This document shows positions 63,796-64,000 of a stretch of 64,000 bases of DNA, in pieces. The stretch is from assembly GCF_004010195.1 (NCBI RefSeq), contig NC_057758.1:7418630-7482629 (forward strand), given 5' to 3'. This DNA comes from Chiloscyllium plagiosum. Its lineage: Eukaryota. Below the pieces are notes generated by a model. That model searched no databases, had not been told where the DNA came from, and saw only the letters and a program-made list of their open reading frames with translations. The translations under genes and the position numbers were made by a program. How positions within the stretch are numbered: the stretch's first letter is position 1; every line of letters begins with the position of its first letter.

Positions 63796-64000
63796 CTGAT
63801 CAGTTTAAAATATCCTCACACTTGTAAACTGCAAAACTACAACATGAGTTCAAGATCTGTATTTTATATTGTTCTAGTGCTGGATCTAACGAATCCAGTT
63901 AAACAAATTAGAACCTCAAGATAAGCACATTAAGATATTCATAGCCCAGCAAGTGACTTTTCACCCTGTACTGTCATTCACAGCTCTCTGCGGGTTTCAC

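Overview
Eukaryotic, repeat-dominated genomic DNA, most likely from a cartilaginous fish. The evidence is V-domain/HE1-like SINEs, degenerate CR1 LINEs, two Penelope-like element (PLE) families and GPR139-like receptor sequences. There are three assembly gaps and no intact protein-coding gene. Host-type content is a two-exon GPR139-like class A GPCR on the minus strand (63331-63265 spliced to 60837-59932, two frameshifts), a more decayed paralog on the plus strand (~24490-25154), and tRNA-Ser(GCT)- and tRNA-Ile(AAT)-like pseudogenes. Most of the rest is nested retroelement debris, including a decayed Gmr1-type Gypsy element with a SCAN-like gag and IN-before-RT order. The most striking pattern is a PLE system whose 3' tails carry minimal hammerhead-ribozyme cores (CTGANGA-stem II-GAAAC-GTC). 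These tails occur on long PLE copies, as a solo ~130-bp insertion, as fold-back palindromic 150-200-bp insertions and as a 3.55-kb inverted double element; several of these have exact 11-14-bp target-site duplications. Also present are 33-, ~40- and ~48-bp minisatellites, a TCAG-rich satellite and a perfect 36-bp-arm hairpin. All family assignments come from motif recognition by eye; no database search was run.
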